DNA of 63,460 bases, filler included, from Reticulomyxa filosa (GCA_000512085.1; 18 parts of 18 records of this genome joined end to end with filler, not necessarily neighbours in it), one strand, 5' to 3'; counted from the whole stretch's first letter, positions 47,201 through 61,190 are shown. Notes: generated by a model not told the origin, from the letters alone. Translations and numbers: made by a program.

Positions 47201-49181
47201 TCGAACCGTTCAAAATGCGAATGAAACAGAAGACGTGCCACCTCCGCCGTCTTATCCGCCACCGGATGTCGTGGAGGATATCACTTCTCTGGCAATCGAC
47301 GACGATCAAGTTTCGATGGAAGAGTTGGAAGATCGAATTCGAGCATTGCAAACTGAAAACAAATCATTGAAAAACAAATTGAATCACTGGTGAATTCTAA
47401 TTACTATTTTTTTATTTTGTGTTATTTTCACTTCTCTCATTCTCTTATTTAACTTTATGTGCATATAAATATATTGATACTTGAAAAGGTCCAACACCAG
47501 AAACGCAAGGATGTACTATCAGAGCGACCATTAATCCACATACGATCACTGTCCGAATTTATTCGGGCGTTGCCAAATAAACACAAAGAAAAAGTGTATC
47601 AACGATACTCGGAACAAAAAGATATGCGCTCATCAGGTCAGGTGTTTAATATACTGTTTTCATTTCTAGCAATGGCAATTCGCACACAAGATGCTGATTC
47701 TGTGATTCCTCAACGATCTCATTATGGAGAACGTTTGCAACCTTATGTGTCATACATTGTTGAAAATTATTTGCAAGATGGAAAACTCATGACATTTGAG
47801 CAATTGACAAGTGAGCTCCCACAATGGTTGATCGAGATTAACGAAGGCGTACCAAATGACAAGAAACAATTGGAATTACAAAAACAAGTAACGACATTGC
47901 GAAGTCAATTGGAGAAAACAGAAAAAGAAAAAGAAAAAATTCGAAGAGAATCCATTTCGTTGCAAGCCCAATTGCAAGAAGTATCTCAATTTCGAGAAGG
48001 TGGTTTGAATCAAGCTTCAGGTAGATGTACGTTTTCCAAAGAGGAGAAAAAAAAAAACAAACCAAAAACAAATACAATTTCTCTTCAATAGGAAGCCTGG
48101 ATGAGGAGTCCATTGACGAAGTATTTAAATCTTCTCACACTGTTGACAAAGAAGAAGAACTCAAAGCACGAATAGACAAATTGGAACTTGATTTGGCAGA
48201 CGAACGACATGAAAAAGAAAAAATTAAAGAAATTTCGAGAAAATCGGTATGGCAATTGGAAACACAAGTTAAACAGTTGCAAAGTGAGATTGGCCAACAT
48301 CGAACATCCGACGACGTAAAAAAAGTACAAAGTACAATCAATGAAGAAAAGAAGATGATGACAATGAAAGTGAAAAGCAAGATCATAACAGCTCGACAGA
48401 AGTCGATCTGAGAGACGAAAGTACCTGGACAGAAGAGCGCATGGAATTTTATAAGAATGAAGAAAATTTAATGAAAAACGAATTATATCTTGGATGGAAA
48501 AAAAAAGCTGAGGCCTACAAAGAAGAATTGCAACGGCAAAAAACTCAAATGAGAGAACGTGAAAATTCTATTTTGCATTTGATTAAGTGGAAAGAAGAAG
48601 CTGAGCGTCTACATCACTTAGAAGAGTTTGTATTTTTTTTTTATCTTTTTGTTTCTTTACCAGCTTTTTGAATAGATATCTTTTCCTTTCACAGAGAGAA
48701 TAATCAATACAAGGAACAATTGGACAAGTTAAACGAGCAATTGTCACAGTTCCAAAAGTCGCATGAAGGCAGAAAAATGAGGGCACAGTCCATATATCAG
48801 CTGCACTCTGATGTATCAAATACTTTAGAACAGTCTAAAATACACCATGAAGCAATCATTGAAAAGTACAAAGAAGATATACAGGCCTTACATACCAAAT
48901 TGTCTGGATGTGAAAAAAAACTGGACGTTGTAAACCGAGAAAAACATGAATTACTGTCTCTTCTAACTAAATTGAGCGAACAAAAAAGCTTTGAGGAGCA
49001 AATGCGACATGAATTGTTGCAGGATAGAGATAGGCTCAAGAATCAACTGCATACAATGGAGGCGAACAAATTGTTGATCGTGAACACAACATCAGAAACT
49101 ATCCAATCGCTTCGTGACAACGTCAAGCAACTTTCGTTAAAATTGAGACAATACCAAATTTTAAGCGGAGAAGCGCAATAA
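44216..49181 (+). CDS. Large EF-hand plus coiled-coil repeat protein, multi-exon
   Basis: EF-hand KIFARIDEDRDGKITMRSF, recurring LxYxLA(D/E)E units, PPPPSY motif and long heptad regions. Exons are joined by GT-AG introns. 1-nt frameshifts at ~44818, ~47000 and ~48349. The start is uncertain. Confidence 0.8.
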
Positions 49182-50912
49182 TATGCATCCTTGTATCTTG
49201 TGATGAGTTTTTGTTTTGTTTGTTTCTTTTTTTTCTTTTGAATTTTTTCCCGTGGTGCTTGTGCTATGTACAGATCAATCACAAACTACAAAAAAGTACA
49301 TTAGTGTTTTGTTAACAATGAAGCACCCTTTTTGTGTTCAAATTTTTTCTTAGCTGTCGACAATACATCTGTTAAATTTTTGAAAATGAACAATATTTTT
49401 GGGCAATCAAAAATTTGTATGTGCATTCATGTTATTTGAAAAATAAATATGTCAAAAATAAGCATATTATATTGATTTTCATTTATATCCAAATGAAATA
49501 TTGCTTAATAACTTTTTTACTATTGTATTTCTTTTGAATTTCAAATATTGAATTTTGTTTTCTGACTGCTGCTTAGTGTATACAAATGGCGGTTATTTGA
49601 AAGTTGATGTCGTTAGTACAGGCTTTCATTTTTTCCCTTTTTTTTCAGTGTGGCCAATCTAACTCTTTTTCCTCAAATCACAAACTAAATTCAAACTCAC
49701 GCTAATATAAATGACTTATTTCCACAGCCAAGAGCATTTCAAACAACAGGTGCTCAATTATTGTTTTACTTTGGCTACAAAACAAAAGTCAACAAACTAC
49801 AAAATAGAGAAAAAGCAGTGACGAGCATAATGAACTTAAACCAGTACCTCCTGACGTTTCAAAGGCACGGCAAGTGGGAGACATTGAATCTCATTATCCC
49901 ACTACACGTCCACCCACGGGGAGTGAAATACCCTTTTCTTTGGATCACAAAAGGATGCAATCACACAAACAAAATGGACATACAATAAAACATCGGATCA
50001 AAAATAAAATAACTGCCTCACGAGGAAGTAGAATACAAAATAGAGGCAAAAACGCCAACAACACCGGTGAATTTTAGCTAATAAATGAACCAAAAATTTC
50101 TTTTTGTCTATGTGTTTTTATTCCCCCTCTTGCACACGCATCGTCAGCTAATTTTCTTTGAAAATCTTGCATTTTCGATAAAAAAAANNNNNNNNNNNNN
50201 NNNNNNNNNNNNNNNNNNNNNNNNNNNNNNNTTAATTAATTAANNNNNNNNNNNNNNNNNNNNNNNNNNNNNNNNNNNNNNNNNNNNGAAATTTCATTTT
50301 ATCTGAATGAAATTAATATATAACATGTTACCCAAAAACAGTCACGTAGAATTTTCTTTTAGAAAAAAAACATATTGGAAAGATTTTTAAAAATTAAATT
50401 CAATTATTCAGTTTGGAAATTACTTGTAAACTATTGATAGGGATTTTTGGAGTGAGTTTTCAAAATAATAATTCAAATTACCCATTTCAAAAAAAAAATT
50501 CTTGTTGAGTCCAAGAAAAGTTTTTTTAAAGGAGAAACAAAACCTTGCTTGCTAGTAAAGAAGCAAAAATAATAAGAAATTAGAAATTATTTCAGCTCTT
50601 CATCAACTATACTAATATTCTCTGTATAGTTTAGAGGTTTGTCAATTATTTGCAATAACAAAAAAAAGAACTCTTTCCCACTTATTTATCATACAAAGTT
50701 TATTTTATTAAATAAAGAAATTTTTTATTGACCCTTCGTGAGCTTTAAACAAAAAAAGCTGAAAAACATCTTTTTTATCATCTTTGCATCATCAAAATCA
50801 TCTCAAGAAAAAAAAGAAGATACTTTAATTTAGCAATGAAAGTTTTGTTTAAGTTGTTTTTTTTACGTTTTTCTTCCTATTGTTTTTCTCATTTTGCTTT
50901 ATGATTAAAACA

Positions 50913-51604
50913 GTCAAAAGAAGAGATTCAAACAATTATTTATCACTGGATTCGAACATTAAATATTAAATTAGGATGGATCAAAGATTTTGACAAACTC
51001 GTTGTCAATTATGTTAGTTCATTTGTTCTTTCTTTTTTTAAATACTAATCAAAATATTCAAATGTATATTTAACATAGGCATCTACTGTCTTCATATTTG
51101 ACAAATTTCTTTCATCATTCAAATTAATCAATACATTCACTGGACACATTGACATTGTGCGGAGTATTGATTATTCAACATTTGATGATTGTCAACTAAT
51201 TTGTTCTGGATCAAATGATCAAACAGTTCGTGTATGGAATATTGATAACAACAAACAAATTCAATCATACAATGTACATTCAGATTATGTGTATTGTGTA
51301 AAATTTTCATCATATTATTATCGCAATAGTCGTCGACATGTTATTTGTTCTTCATCAAGTGACACAGCCATTCTTTTTTGGGATTTCAAACATAGTAAGC
51401 AATTACAAATATTCAATGTACACACTGGTGGTGTTAATGGAATTGAATTTTCACCATTTAATGGTGGTAGATATTTGTGTTCTGGATCATATGACAAAAC
51501 AATTTGTTTATGGGATGTTAAAACATCAAAATCATTACATGTTTTCAATGGACATACATTTTATGTTTGGTGTGTTGATATTTCACCATTACAAAGCAAT
51601 AATT
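50913..51604 (+). CDS. WD40-repeat protein of the lineage-expanded family, partial
   Basis: KEEIQTIIYHWIRTLNIKLGWIKDFDKLVVNY, intron, then FTGHIDIVRSIDYSTFDDCQLICSGSNDQTVRVWN and FSPFNGGRYLCSGSYDKTICLWD. Confidence 0.93.
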
Positions 51605-51759
51605 NNNNNNNNNNNNNNNNNNNNNNNNNNNNNNNNNNNNNNNNNNNNTTAATTAATTAANNNNNNNNNNNNNNNNNNNNNNNNNNNNNNNNNNNNNNNN
51701 NNNNTATTTATTTATTTATTTATTTATTTGTATTCATTTATGGAAATGAAATAATGCTG

Positions 51760-52807
51760 TGAGCAACAATACAAAACTGATATCATCATTGGCATCAAGG
51801 GTCGACTGTTCATCTTTCGCATCGTTTTCAAACGCAATTGGATGTTCATCCCATTCTGTGTTGTGATGCACTTCATCTAGTGGCATTGTCGTTTTGAAAT
51901 CATTTAAAGCGGATCTGCATTTATGTTTATTTGTTTATTTGTTTATTTGTTTGCTTGATTCTGCTTACGATTGAAGGGCATTCCCCTATCCTAATCTGTT
52001 GAAAGTGTTTGAGTAAGGTATAGGGATAACATACAAATCTGATGGAATGAACGATGATGCAAAGGGCGGGTCACCAGGATTGGCAATGGACGGGCAAGAC
52101 GGATTTGGCTCGGCAAAGACTTCATTGATAAAATCATGAAATTCTTCGGAAGAGCTCTTAGAATGAGAAACAGGATTGGGAGAATGCAAATCAGTATTAT
52201 ACGAAAGATTACGTGTTAATTTGGAAACAATTTTATCTTCTTCTCCTTCTTCTGCTTCTGCTTCTGCTTCTGCTTCTGCTTCTGCTTCTGCTTCTATCTC
52301 TGCCTCTAGCTCTACTTCTTCCCTTACTTCTTCTCCTCCTTCTTCTTCTTCTTCTTCTTCTTCATCTTCATCTTCTTCTTCATCTTCTTGGTCCATTTCT
52401 TTGCTTATGTTTTTTAAGTGAATGTAATTCCAATAGCTAATTGCAAACGCGCCGCGATAATCCGTGTGCGACCTCTTTTCCACAAACTTGGCAGCGTCCT
52501 CTTGTCTTTCGAAACTTACCATGGCGCACCTCTTTATGTATGTTGTGTATATTTGTTTGTTTGTTTCGAGTGATACAGCCTCTAATTGCTGTGCAACACT
52601 TTCAAAAAAAAAAAAAAAAAAAAGGACAGCTTAACAGTGGACGTGCTTTCGCGTGGGAAATCCTGTCCTTCTTTGTCTCGATCTTGATTTTGAATTGAAA
52701 TGTTATACAACGGACATTGCGAATACACCGTGGAACGGCCGTCATTTCGCAATTGGGAAGTTGATTCGTTGTGTGTTGCAGTCGACTCCTTTTTTGATTG
52801 AAGTATA

Positions 52808-52838
<31 letters not shown>

Positions 52839-53603
52839 GTTATATGTATATGTGAATAACAAAAAGAGATGAGAAAGACAAAACGAGGGAGGGCTGAAGC
52901 TGCAATAAGGCTTGACGGGCAATCTTTTGATGGAATGGATCATTGGAAAGCGACTGAACGACAGTGACAACCCCAAAGTCCTTTGTCATTTCGCGGATGA
53001 AGAGGTCATCTGATTCAACCGAAAAAGGTAATCCAAATACAAATACATCTTTTAAATCATCGCTGGTTGGAACCTCGCAATCGTACGAGCCGCCGTATTT
53101 TCTCAAATGTTCAATTACAAATGTCAACTTGCATATACACATGAAATATACATATAAATATATATATATATGTATATATTATATATTTGTATACATTTAT
53201 ATATATGTATATATATATATGCATATATATTTATATGTATATGCACACATATACACACACAAAATACAAAACGTCTTTGGGATAAGGCTGTTCAGATCGC
53301 AACGCAGTCAATAAATCATGCGCAGGTAGGGACTTGGACAACTCAATGTAATGTGCAACAACATCTTGAGGAAACAACGGCGACAACGCTGCGCCGACCA
53401 CAGTCCAGCTCAAGTAAGGCGAATGTAGCTTTCGCGGCGCTCCGCGGGTCCTTTCGTGCCCGGTCTTATCCTTTGTTTCAAGGTGGGTGTGTCCCTCATT
53501 ATTCTTCGCGTGGCCATTGACGAGTTCATCCATATGGGATGATTGGTGTTGTGATTGCAATTGCAATTGCATTTGCATTTGTTTTGTTTTGTTTTTGTGC
53601 TTG
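51760..53603 (-). CDS. Putative RRM-containing protein fragment with acidic tract
   Basis: DVFVFGLPFSVESDDLFIREMTKDFGVVTVVQ (RNP2-like) and MVSFERQEDAAKFVE (RNP1-like), followed by an E/A-rich tract. Exons are separated by (AT)n/(ATAC)n introns. Confidence 0.5.
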
Positions 53604-56600
53604 NNNNNNNNNNNNNNNNNNNNNNNNNNNNNNNNNNNNNNNNNNNNTTAATTAATTAANNNNNNNNNNNNNNNNNNNNNNNNNNNNNNNNNNNNNNNNN
53701 NNNGTTTTTCAATCAACAAAGAAAAAAATATGAGATTAAAGTCCACTTTGCATTTAATAAAAAAAGGAAGGGTTTGTGAATTTGTGTTTATGTGTTTTTG
53801 TTTCAATATAAAATATGATTTTGATTGTTTGTGTGTAAATAGGCATGCACTGTCAATAAAATATTTGTTTGTTTGCACCGTCCACTTATAAAAAATATTC
53901 TTGTTTTGTTTGAATGAAAAAAAAATATTAAATGAAAATTTTAGCATGTTTACTGTCGTTAATAAAAAAACTTGTTTGTTATGTGTGTAGAATTCAAGAT
54001 TTAAGATAAAATTAGAAATAGAATTTTTTTTGAAAAAAGGGTTGCAGCACTAGGAGAAAGTCGTCAGATCAAAGTTTGTAAAATCGACTGAAAGTAAGTC
54101 AAATCGTTGGCATCCATTTGGCGGGAAGCTTGGAAAATCTTGTAAAGAAACTGTAACTACACTAACGACGATAATCGTTGTTGCAATTGTTGAGTGAAAG
54201 ATCGCAAAAACTCGTAAGAGCAGCCGTCCACATTACAGTATAAAAGTGTGAAATAATTTGTAAATCGCCACAAACTGCTTTTGGTGGGATTAAAAATTTT
54301 GTGAATTACGATAACACAAATTATGTATATGTCAAAGATCAATCACCACCATTCGACTTAGTAACATATCCAATATTGTACAGTTTCATGTCACTTCGCC
54401 GCATGCATCATAGTAATCCTGCTACTACATCTCGAAACTATACAACTGCCTTCACATTATCAACAATACAGAATTATGTTTACCATCCACAGCGTTGAGA
54501 TATTGAAGATGTCTGGTCTTCACTCAATTGCCATTTCAAACGCCGCAAAAAAGTTGTTGATATCGCAAGCTTTATTAGTTGCATTAGTGTCTTTGGTGAA
54601 AAGTTTTTCCGGATGCAGATTGTCAATAGTAGATACATAGTGAACATGCTGTAACTCTTGGAAAAGATTTTAGTCAACACAAAGATTGCTTGAGTTGGCC
54701 AATGTCGGATCTCTTTAGTGGATTAAGTAAATAATGATATCAACAATGAGTGATATTTGTATATGTATCATTGTGAATTTTTCGTCAGTCTAAATTGTAA
54801 CTAGCAAAGTTTTTTTTGAAAAACGTTTTTCAGTTTTATTATTTATACTTCTTAAAGAAAAAAAATAGAACAATTCAAAAAAAAGGGACCACTAAAAAAA
54901 AATAATACTTACATACATGAAAACAGTTTGAAAAATGATTGTTAAGTCACTTGCAAGAAGAAATTTATATCATGATAATCGAAAATTGCATGAATTTGGT
55001 TGCAATGAAAAGAAAATGAAGAACTGCGACTATTTCGTTGCAAAATGGCAAAAACTCACATAATAGCCAAAGCAGTCGTCGTAATACTAAAAGTGGAATC
55101 ACGAATAAAAAATTCTAATGTGAACAGCGAGATCGACCGCGTAAATGGATTCATTTAATCTTTATAGTGCCAATTGCTAGAAGAATTCTTTTTTTTGACA
55201 CAAGCAATAACATTAATAGCAAAACAAATATGTTTGTATATTTATTGCGTGTATGTGTTGTTCAAAAAAATTTGAATATACACTAATCAGTAATTGAAGC
55301 AAGTCCTCGTTGAAGTGCACAACAGTAAGTAATTTAGTATCTAGTTTGGAATGCACTTTGAAAGCGATGAATCTTATATTGATGTTGTTGTCATTACTAT
55401 TGATGATGCATCCAGTTCCCGGCAACGATGGCAACATCAGTAACAGTAACAGCAATAGAAGAAGTCGAAGTGCGGCAGAAGCGAAAGAAGTTGCAGTCAC
55501 AAATCGATGATAAAACGATGGAAAGAAATTGGATTCAATTTAGCAACAACCGCAGGAACACATGCACACTATTTTCTCATAAATGATTATTTTATTAAAT
55601 GTCGTGTATCGAGCGGGGGTCATGGTATTGCTGTTTACGCGTTGAATGAGTACACTTTGTTGAGATCAGATACGTGCATTCTAATTTTCAAAAAGTGTCT
55701 CATAATGAACTGAAAGAAAAATCAAAGTCATCATTCACCTTTTTTTTATAATTTTTTTATACAATATTACAAATATAAACGATTTGAACAACATGTAAAC
55801 ATTTGCTCAATAAAAAAAAAAAAATTGAACGAACAATGATGCTATATATTAGCCTTATCACAAATGGAAATGACCAACGTCGAACATAACATTAATTAAT
55901 TTATATTTGACTTTATTGGATCCAAGTGACTTTCTGGGGATGCTTGCAACATTGTCTCAAGTTGTGTTTTTTTAATATGTTGAACAATGTTTGATTTCTT
56001 TAGGATCTATATCATATATGTATATTGATCATAAATATTTTCAAAGTCGCCATCGAACAAACGGGAAAGTTGAAGTGCATGTGGTACTGATGGCAAGTGC
56101 AAGTTCAAGCAGTTAAAGATTGTCGAATCAACAATACGTTGTTGTATCCGATACCACTCTCAAATTTTTTTTTTTGGTACAAATGTGTCTATTGTCTGTG
56201 TTAAATGTTTTCTTTGAATGTTCTCGCAATAATTTTAAAAATTTTTTAATAAAAAAAGTTGTTTCTACTTCCTGCAAAAAAAAGTTGCCGATATTTTTTG
56301 ATGCATCAATAGAGTAAAAATGAGAGCAAAGATGAGCTGAAAAAGCAAGTGGAAGAGATGAACTTAACAGTATCAAACATGGAAAAAGATGCAAGTTTAT
56401 TAGAAGAGCAAACAAAGCAATTTGAGCCCTTGTTGAACGATTTGAAAAGCATTGCAAAGACAATGAAGATGTTGCATCAATTTTGAACCAAACCAATAAC
56501 ATTTTCTGTGTCATATTTTCGACGTCAAGACACTTTTTCACCCTTTTCCACAATGTTGTAGTGATATATGGGTCATAACTGACTCCAGAGTTGTAATAAC

Positions 56601-57048
56601 TCAACTCATAAAATAAAACATTCTTTTTTATCCTCAATTTTCTGTACGTTTTAGTTTAGCTGAGCTCTCTTTCTTGTATCTCTCTACAATGTTTTTTGTA
56701 AAAAAATTTCCTATGTCAAGGAAGGAGTTGTTTGTGTTTGATGGAAAAACACTATCTTAAATTTTATCCTGTGTTCAACGGATTGACAAGGTCACAACTT
56801 TAACATTTTCATTTAATTTTTAATACATAAAATCTCAATGATTATCTTTTTTGAAAAGATTATAAATTATCTTAAAAAAAACATTTGATTTGAATAATGT
56901 TTTACGAATTATAAATCGCACATAATACAAAAACGAAAAAAAAAAAAANNNNNNNNNNNNNNNNNNNNNNNNNNNNNNNNNNNNNNNNNNNNTTAATTAA
57001 TTAANNNNNNNNNNNNNNNNNNNNNNNNNNNNNNNNNNNNNNNNNNNN

Positions 57049-57085
<37 letters not shown>

Positions 57086-57129
57086 AAAAACAAGACATCA
57101 AATCAGACAAACAAACAAACAAACAAACA

Positions 57130-57389
57130 AACAAATAACTTGGTCGTTTTGACGCTGTAAGAGGGCAATTTGATGTTGCAATTGCTGCAGCTGGCTTTGC
57201 AAGGTTTCTTGCATTTGGCTTTCCAATTGCTGTTTCATATCGCCCTTTTGTGACTCCATTTCGTCAATGTTTCGTCGCAGTGACTCGTTTTCTTTGGTCT
57301 TTTCCTCCAGTTCCGTTTTTATCTTGGCCAATTCACTCTTTATTTCTTCTTCACTCTAATCAATTATACACACATACATATATGTATAT

Positions 57390-57434
<45 letters not shown>

Positions 57435-58670
57435 TGAATACAAACTGTTTGGAAAGAAGCGAGTTTCGGCTTGTACTCATTGTTGGCTTCTTCGAGTTGC
57501 GCCACTTGCGTTTGATGTTGCGAGTGCAACTGGTTTGTCATCACTGGACACAAAATGCAACCGAGTGCCAATGCACAAAACAAAAAACAAACAAACAAAC
57601 AAACAAAAATAAATAAATAAAGAATATATTAACAGGTAATAATAATAAGGAAATAAACTTGTTAAATCGGTGATTTGCTGTTGGAACTGCACATTGGCGG
57701 CGGCAAAGTCCGTTTGCAGGTCTTTCCAAATCGATCGACATGCGACGGTCGATTGCTGTAGCTGTCCGATTTTCTCAATCGTTTGTTTCTGCCTTTCGAC
57801 AATGCTTTGGTCTTTCGTTCTTTGTTGTTCCAGTTCTTTTTTTTCGTTTGACCATTGTTCGAAAGCCTCCTTGTCTATTTGTTTACGTATGCCATTCATA
57901 TTATACATATATATATATACACATATATATATATATATATATGTATAATGATAACATTGAGTGGTAATGCGAAATAATTCTTCCTCTAAATCTTGTTTTT
58001 GTTGCAAAACCTCTTTGCAGTTATGTTTAAGAGCATCATTTAAGCGCTGCATGTTTGTGAGCATGTGCATGCACGTAGCAAACGCATCGAGGATGGCTTT
58101 GGTGTGTTTGACAACAGTGGGTAGTATGTGTTGAGAGTCATTATTTCCATTTCCCCCTCCTTCTTGTTCGTCAGAGCGGCCTTCCTCGGTATAGGAAGAA
58201 GAAGAAGGACTTTGAGTATGCCATTGGGAAAGACATTGTTGCAAGGAGGGACGAATATCGGCAAGTTGGACCTGATACTCGTGCAAGCGCGACTCCGTCG
58301 CCGTCAATTTCTCATTGCACGCTTGCAAGTCCCGCGTCAGTTCCTCGCGTTTGGTTTGCAGCTTTTTAATGGTCTGTCCATACTTTTTGTTTTTCTCTTG
58401 CCACTCGCTGCTGCTCTTCTCGTACTCCTCTACCAAGCATCTCACCCGCTCGCCTTCGTCCTTTTGTTCCTCCTCTTTGTCAAATAGCTTGCACGAGCTC
58501 AAGTATTTCGATATCCTGTTTTGTTCATTTTTTTTAAAATTTTTTATTTTCAAAACAAATTCTTTCAATTTAAAAAAAAGGGCAATTTTTTTTTTTATTT
58601 TTTTAATTCGTATCAAACTTTGATAATAGTTGTGTCTTTTCCGCATCCAAAGTTTGGACCTTTGCAAATT
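57130..58670 (-). CDS. Coiled-coil protein, internal exons
   Basis: Q/E/K/L-rich heptad exons within ORFs 57477..58667 and 57098..57331, interrupted by microsatellite introns. Confidence 0.6.
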
Positions 58671-60231
58671 GTTCTCTATTTTTTATTTATTTATTTATTT
58701 ATTTTTTTGCTATTGTTAATTTGCTCATTCNNNNNNNNNNNNNNNNNNNNNNNNNNNNNNNNNNNNNNNNNNNNTTAATTAATTAANNNNNNNNNNNNNN
58801 NNNNNNNNNNNNNNNNNNNNNNNNNNNNNNGACGGATTTCGCATGTTTAAAAGTTTTTGATGAAATAATCTTGATAAAAAAATTTATTTTCAAGCCGTTG
58901 TTAACACAATGCATACATTTTTATATTTCAAAAGAAACAAAGTAAAAAAACTAAAAACATCTCGCATAATGACATTAAAAAATTTGCTCACTTCTCATCG
59001 AAAAATTGTGTTTTAAATGTCAAATCTATCTACGCAAAAACAAAACAAGTTCATAATTATTGTCTAAGAGTGTTTTTATACACTCCGTATACGTTTAACA
59101 ATTATGTTACCGTCTGATGAAACACATATGCTTATGTACTTAATTTCATCTCCAAAGAATAGTCTTATTTAATGAACATACAACTTTGATCACCCGGAAA
59201 ACATTTTCTTAATCAGCAAATTTTGAAAAATTTAGCACCTAAAACGCAACCCTACAGAGACAGTCGTTTTTCCATAAAAAAAAATTTTTTAAATTTCCAA
59301 AGATTGAATCAAAAACTAGAATGATACACTTATGGACTTTTAAAAAATTTTATTAAGCGTTTTTCACGGAAAAGTTAATTATTTTGTAATGTGGTATTCA
59401 ATGTTACTTTTTTTATTGTGATATTTTTCATTTGTGTTTGGACATAACGTTCTATATTGAATGTTTTAGCATATGAACCGATACATTCCCTATGAAAATT
59501 CGAATTTGTTAGGACATGTACATAATATTCCAAGTTTTGAAAATTTTGAATGATTAGCTTTAGATCGACCTTTAAATAGATTTACATTTAAAGAAAAATG
59601 CAGATCTTATTATTTCTTAAAGCAGTCAGTATCACAAATATTCTTTCGATCAAAAAACTAACTACTGAAGTCGATGATACGCACATAAGATATATGAATA
59701 TTATTAAAACAAGAAAATAAGCGTTCTTGTTTTGGAATAACAAACATTATCGAAAAGACAGGCGAGATTTTATGGATACATGCCAACACGAATAAATTTA
59801 AATTATGTTAACAAATGATTATCAAAGAGACTTACACTCCATATCGTTAATCTGAGTTTGAGATTTATTCAATAAAAAGTACAAATCAAAGGTTTGTTTC
59901 ACCTTAGCCAAAAAATTTTGTACAAGTTTTATCATTCACACTAATTTTTTAGCTGTTTAATTCATTTTATGAAATACTATTGAATTTCTTATTCAACTTT
60001 AATTCTGATTAAGACTTTTTTCATTGACAACGTATTTATTGCATTGTCTTTTTGTTAAAAAGCTATAAAGTCCTTTAAATCCAAGTTAAAAAATTAAATT
60101 AGAACTCCAAAATTTTGTTGCGTGGGAAAAAAAATAGTGCTGTCCTGCCCGAGGGGTCTTTTGGTTTGGTCGACAAAAGAAGAGACAGTTGTTCACCGCA
60201 TGTCAAAAGCTTAAAGCTGGAATAAAACTAA

Positions 60232-61032
60232 ATGCTCTTTATTACAATGGATAAATATTGGTCAAGATGGTACAATTCACGAAATATAGCCGTCTTTACG
60301 TTTTTCCTGGTGTTTTTCGCATTGGTTCTTGAATTCGAGATCGCACTGAAAATCTTTAATTTTGGCCAGGTCAATTACGCTGTAAAAATGACACCTGTGT
60401 CAATGACAACAAACAATAAGCATGAGAAAGAACAAGATAAGAGCTTGAGCGACGTTTCCTCCAAGTCAAGCAACCAAGTGAAAAGAAGGAATTTGGAAGG
60501 ATGCATTCCGTCCATTGGTTTTCCAACAAAGCCTCTTCAAGTGAATGATCTGCCATATGTATGCTGGAACATGGTTCATTTCAATGAACTGTTGGGAGAG
60601 TGTATGGTAAACAAATCGATCAAAGACCCAGAAAAATGCGAGCCGTGCATGCCCCCCAAAAATATGGACACATTACCAACGTGGTTGGCGGTGATGACAC
60701 AAACTGTGGTTGATAATGAGCGAAAGTACCGTGATCAACGAAGGCGAGAACTGTCAGAGTTAATCCGTTCCAATAAAATAGTCCCTTCTCCTCATGGCAT
60801 ATTGCTTATGGTCCTGAATTGGGGGTACAAGCACTTGTTTTTGAATTGGCTTTGTGGACTCAACGCTGTATCGATCCCGAACATTCAGCAAAATACGCTC
60901 ATTATCGCCTCCGATCCGGAATCTTTTGCCCTAAGTCATGACCGGCTAGGGTTCCCTACCTTGAATGGCAGATGGATTGAAGGAGAATATGTGTCAGTTT
61001 CGTGCGTCCACATACAATTTTTGTTTGTTTGT
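60232..61032 (+). CDS. Type II membrane nucleotide-diphospho-sugar transferase (GT77-like), N-terminal exon
   Basis: N-terminal transmembrane anchor and stem, then ILLMVLNWGYKHLFLNWLCGL..NTLIIASD, typical of the start of this family's catalytic domain. Confidence 0.7.
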
Positions 61033-61190
61033 NNNNNNNNNNNNNNNNNNNNNNNNNNNNNNNNNNNNNNNNNNNNTTAATTAATTAANNNNNNNNNNNN
61101 NNNNNNNNNNNNNNNNNNNNNNNNNNNNNNNNTTGCGCTATTTTTTCGGTTACGTTGCTTACTTCGACAATTGCAAATTGATTAATCAAT

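Noticed and set aside
54590-54670. Minus-strand Y*QSASGKTF resembling a kinesin P-loop
   Set aside because: It contains a stop and no other kinesin motifs (SSRSH, DLAGSE) could be found nearby. Too degraded to call.
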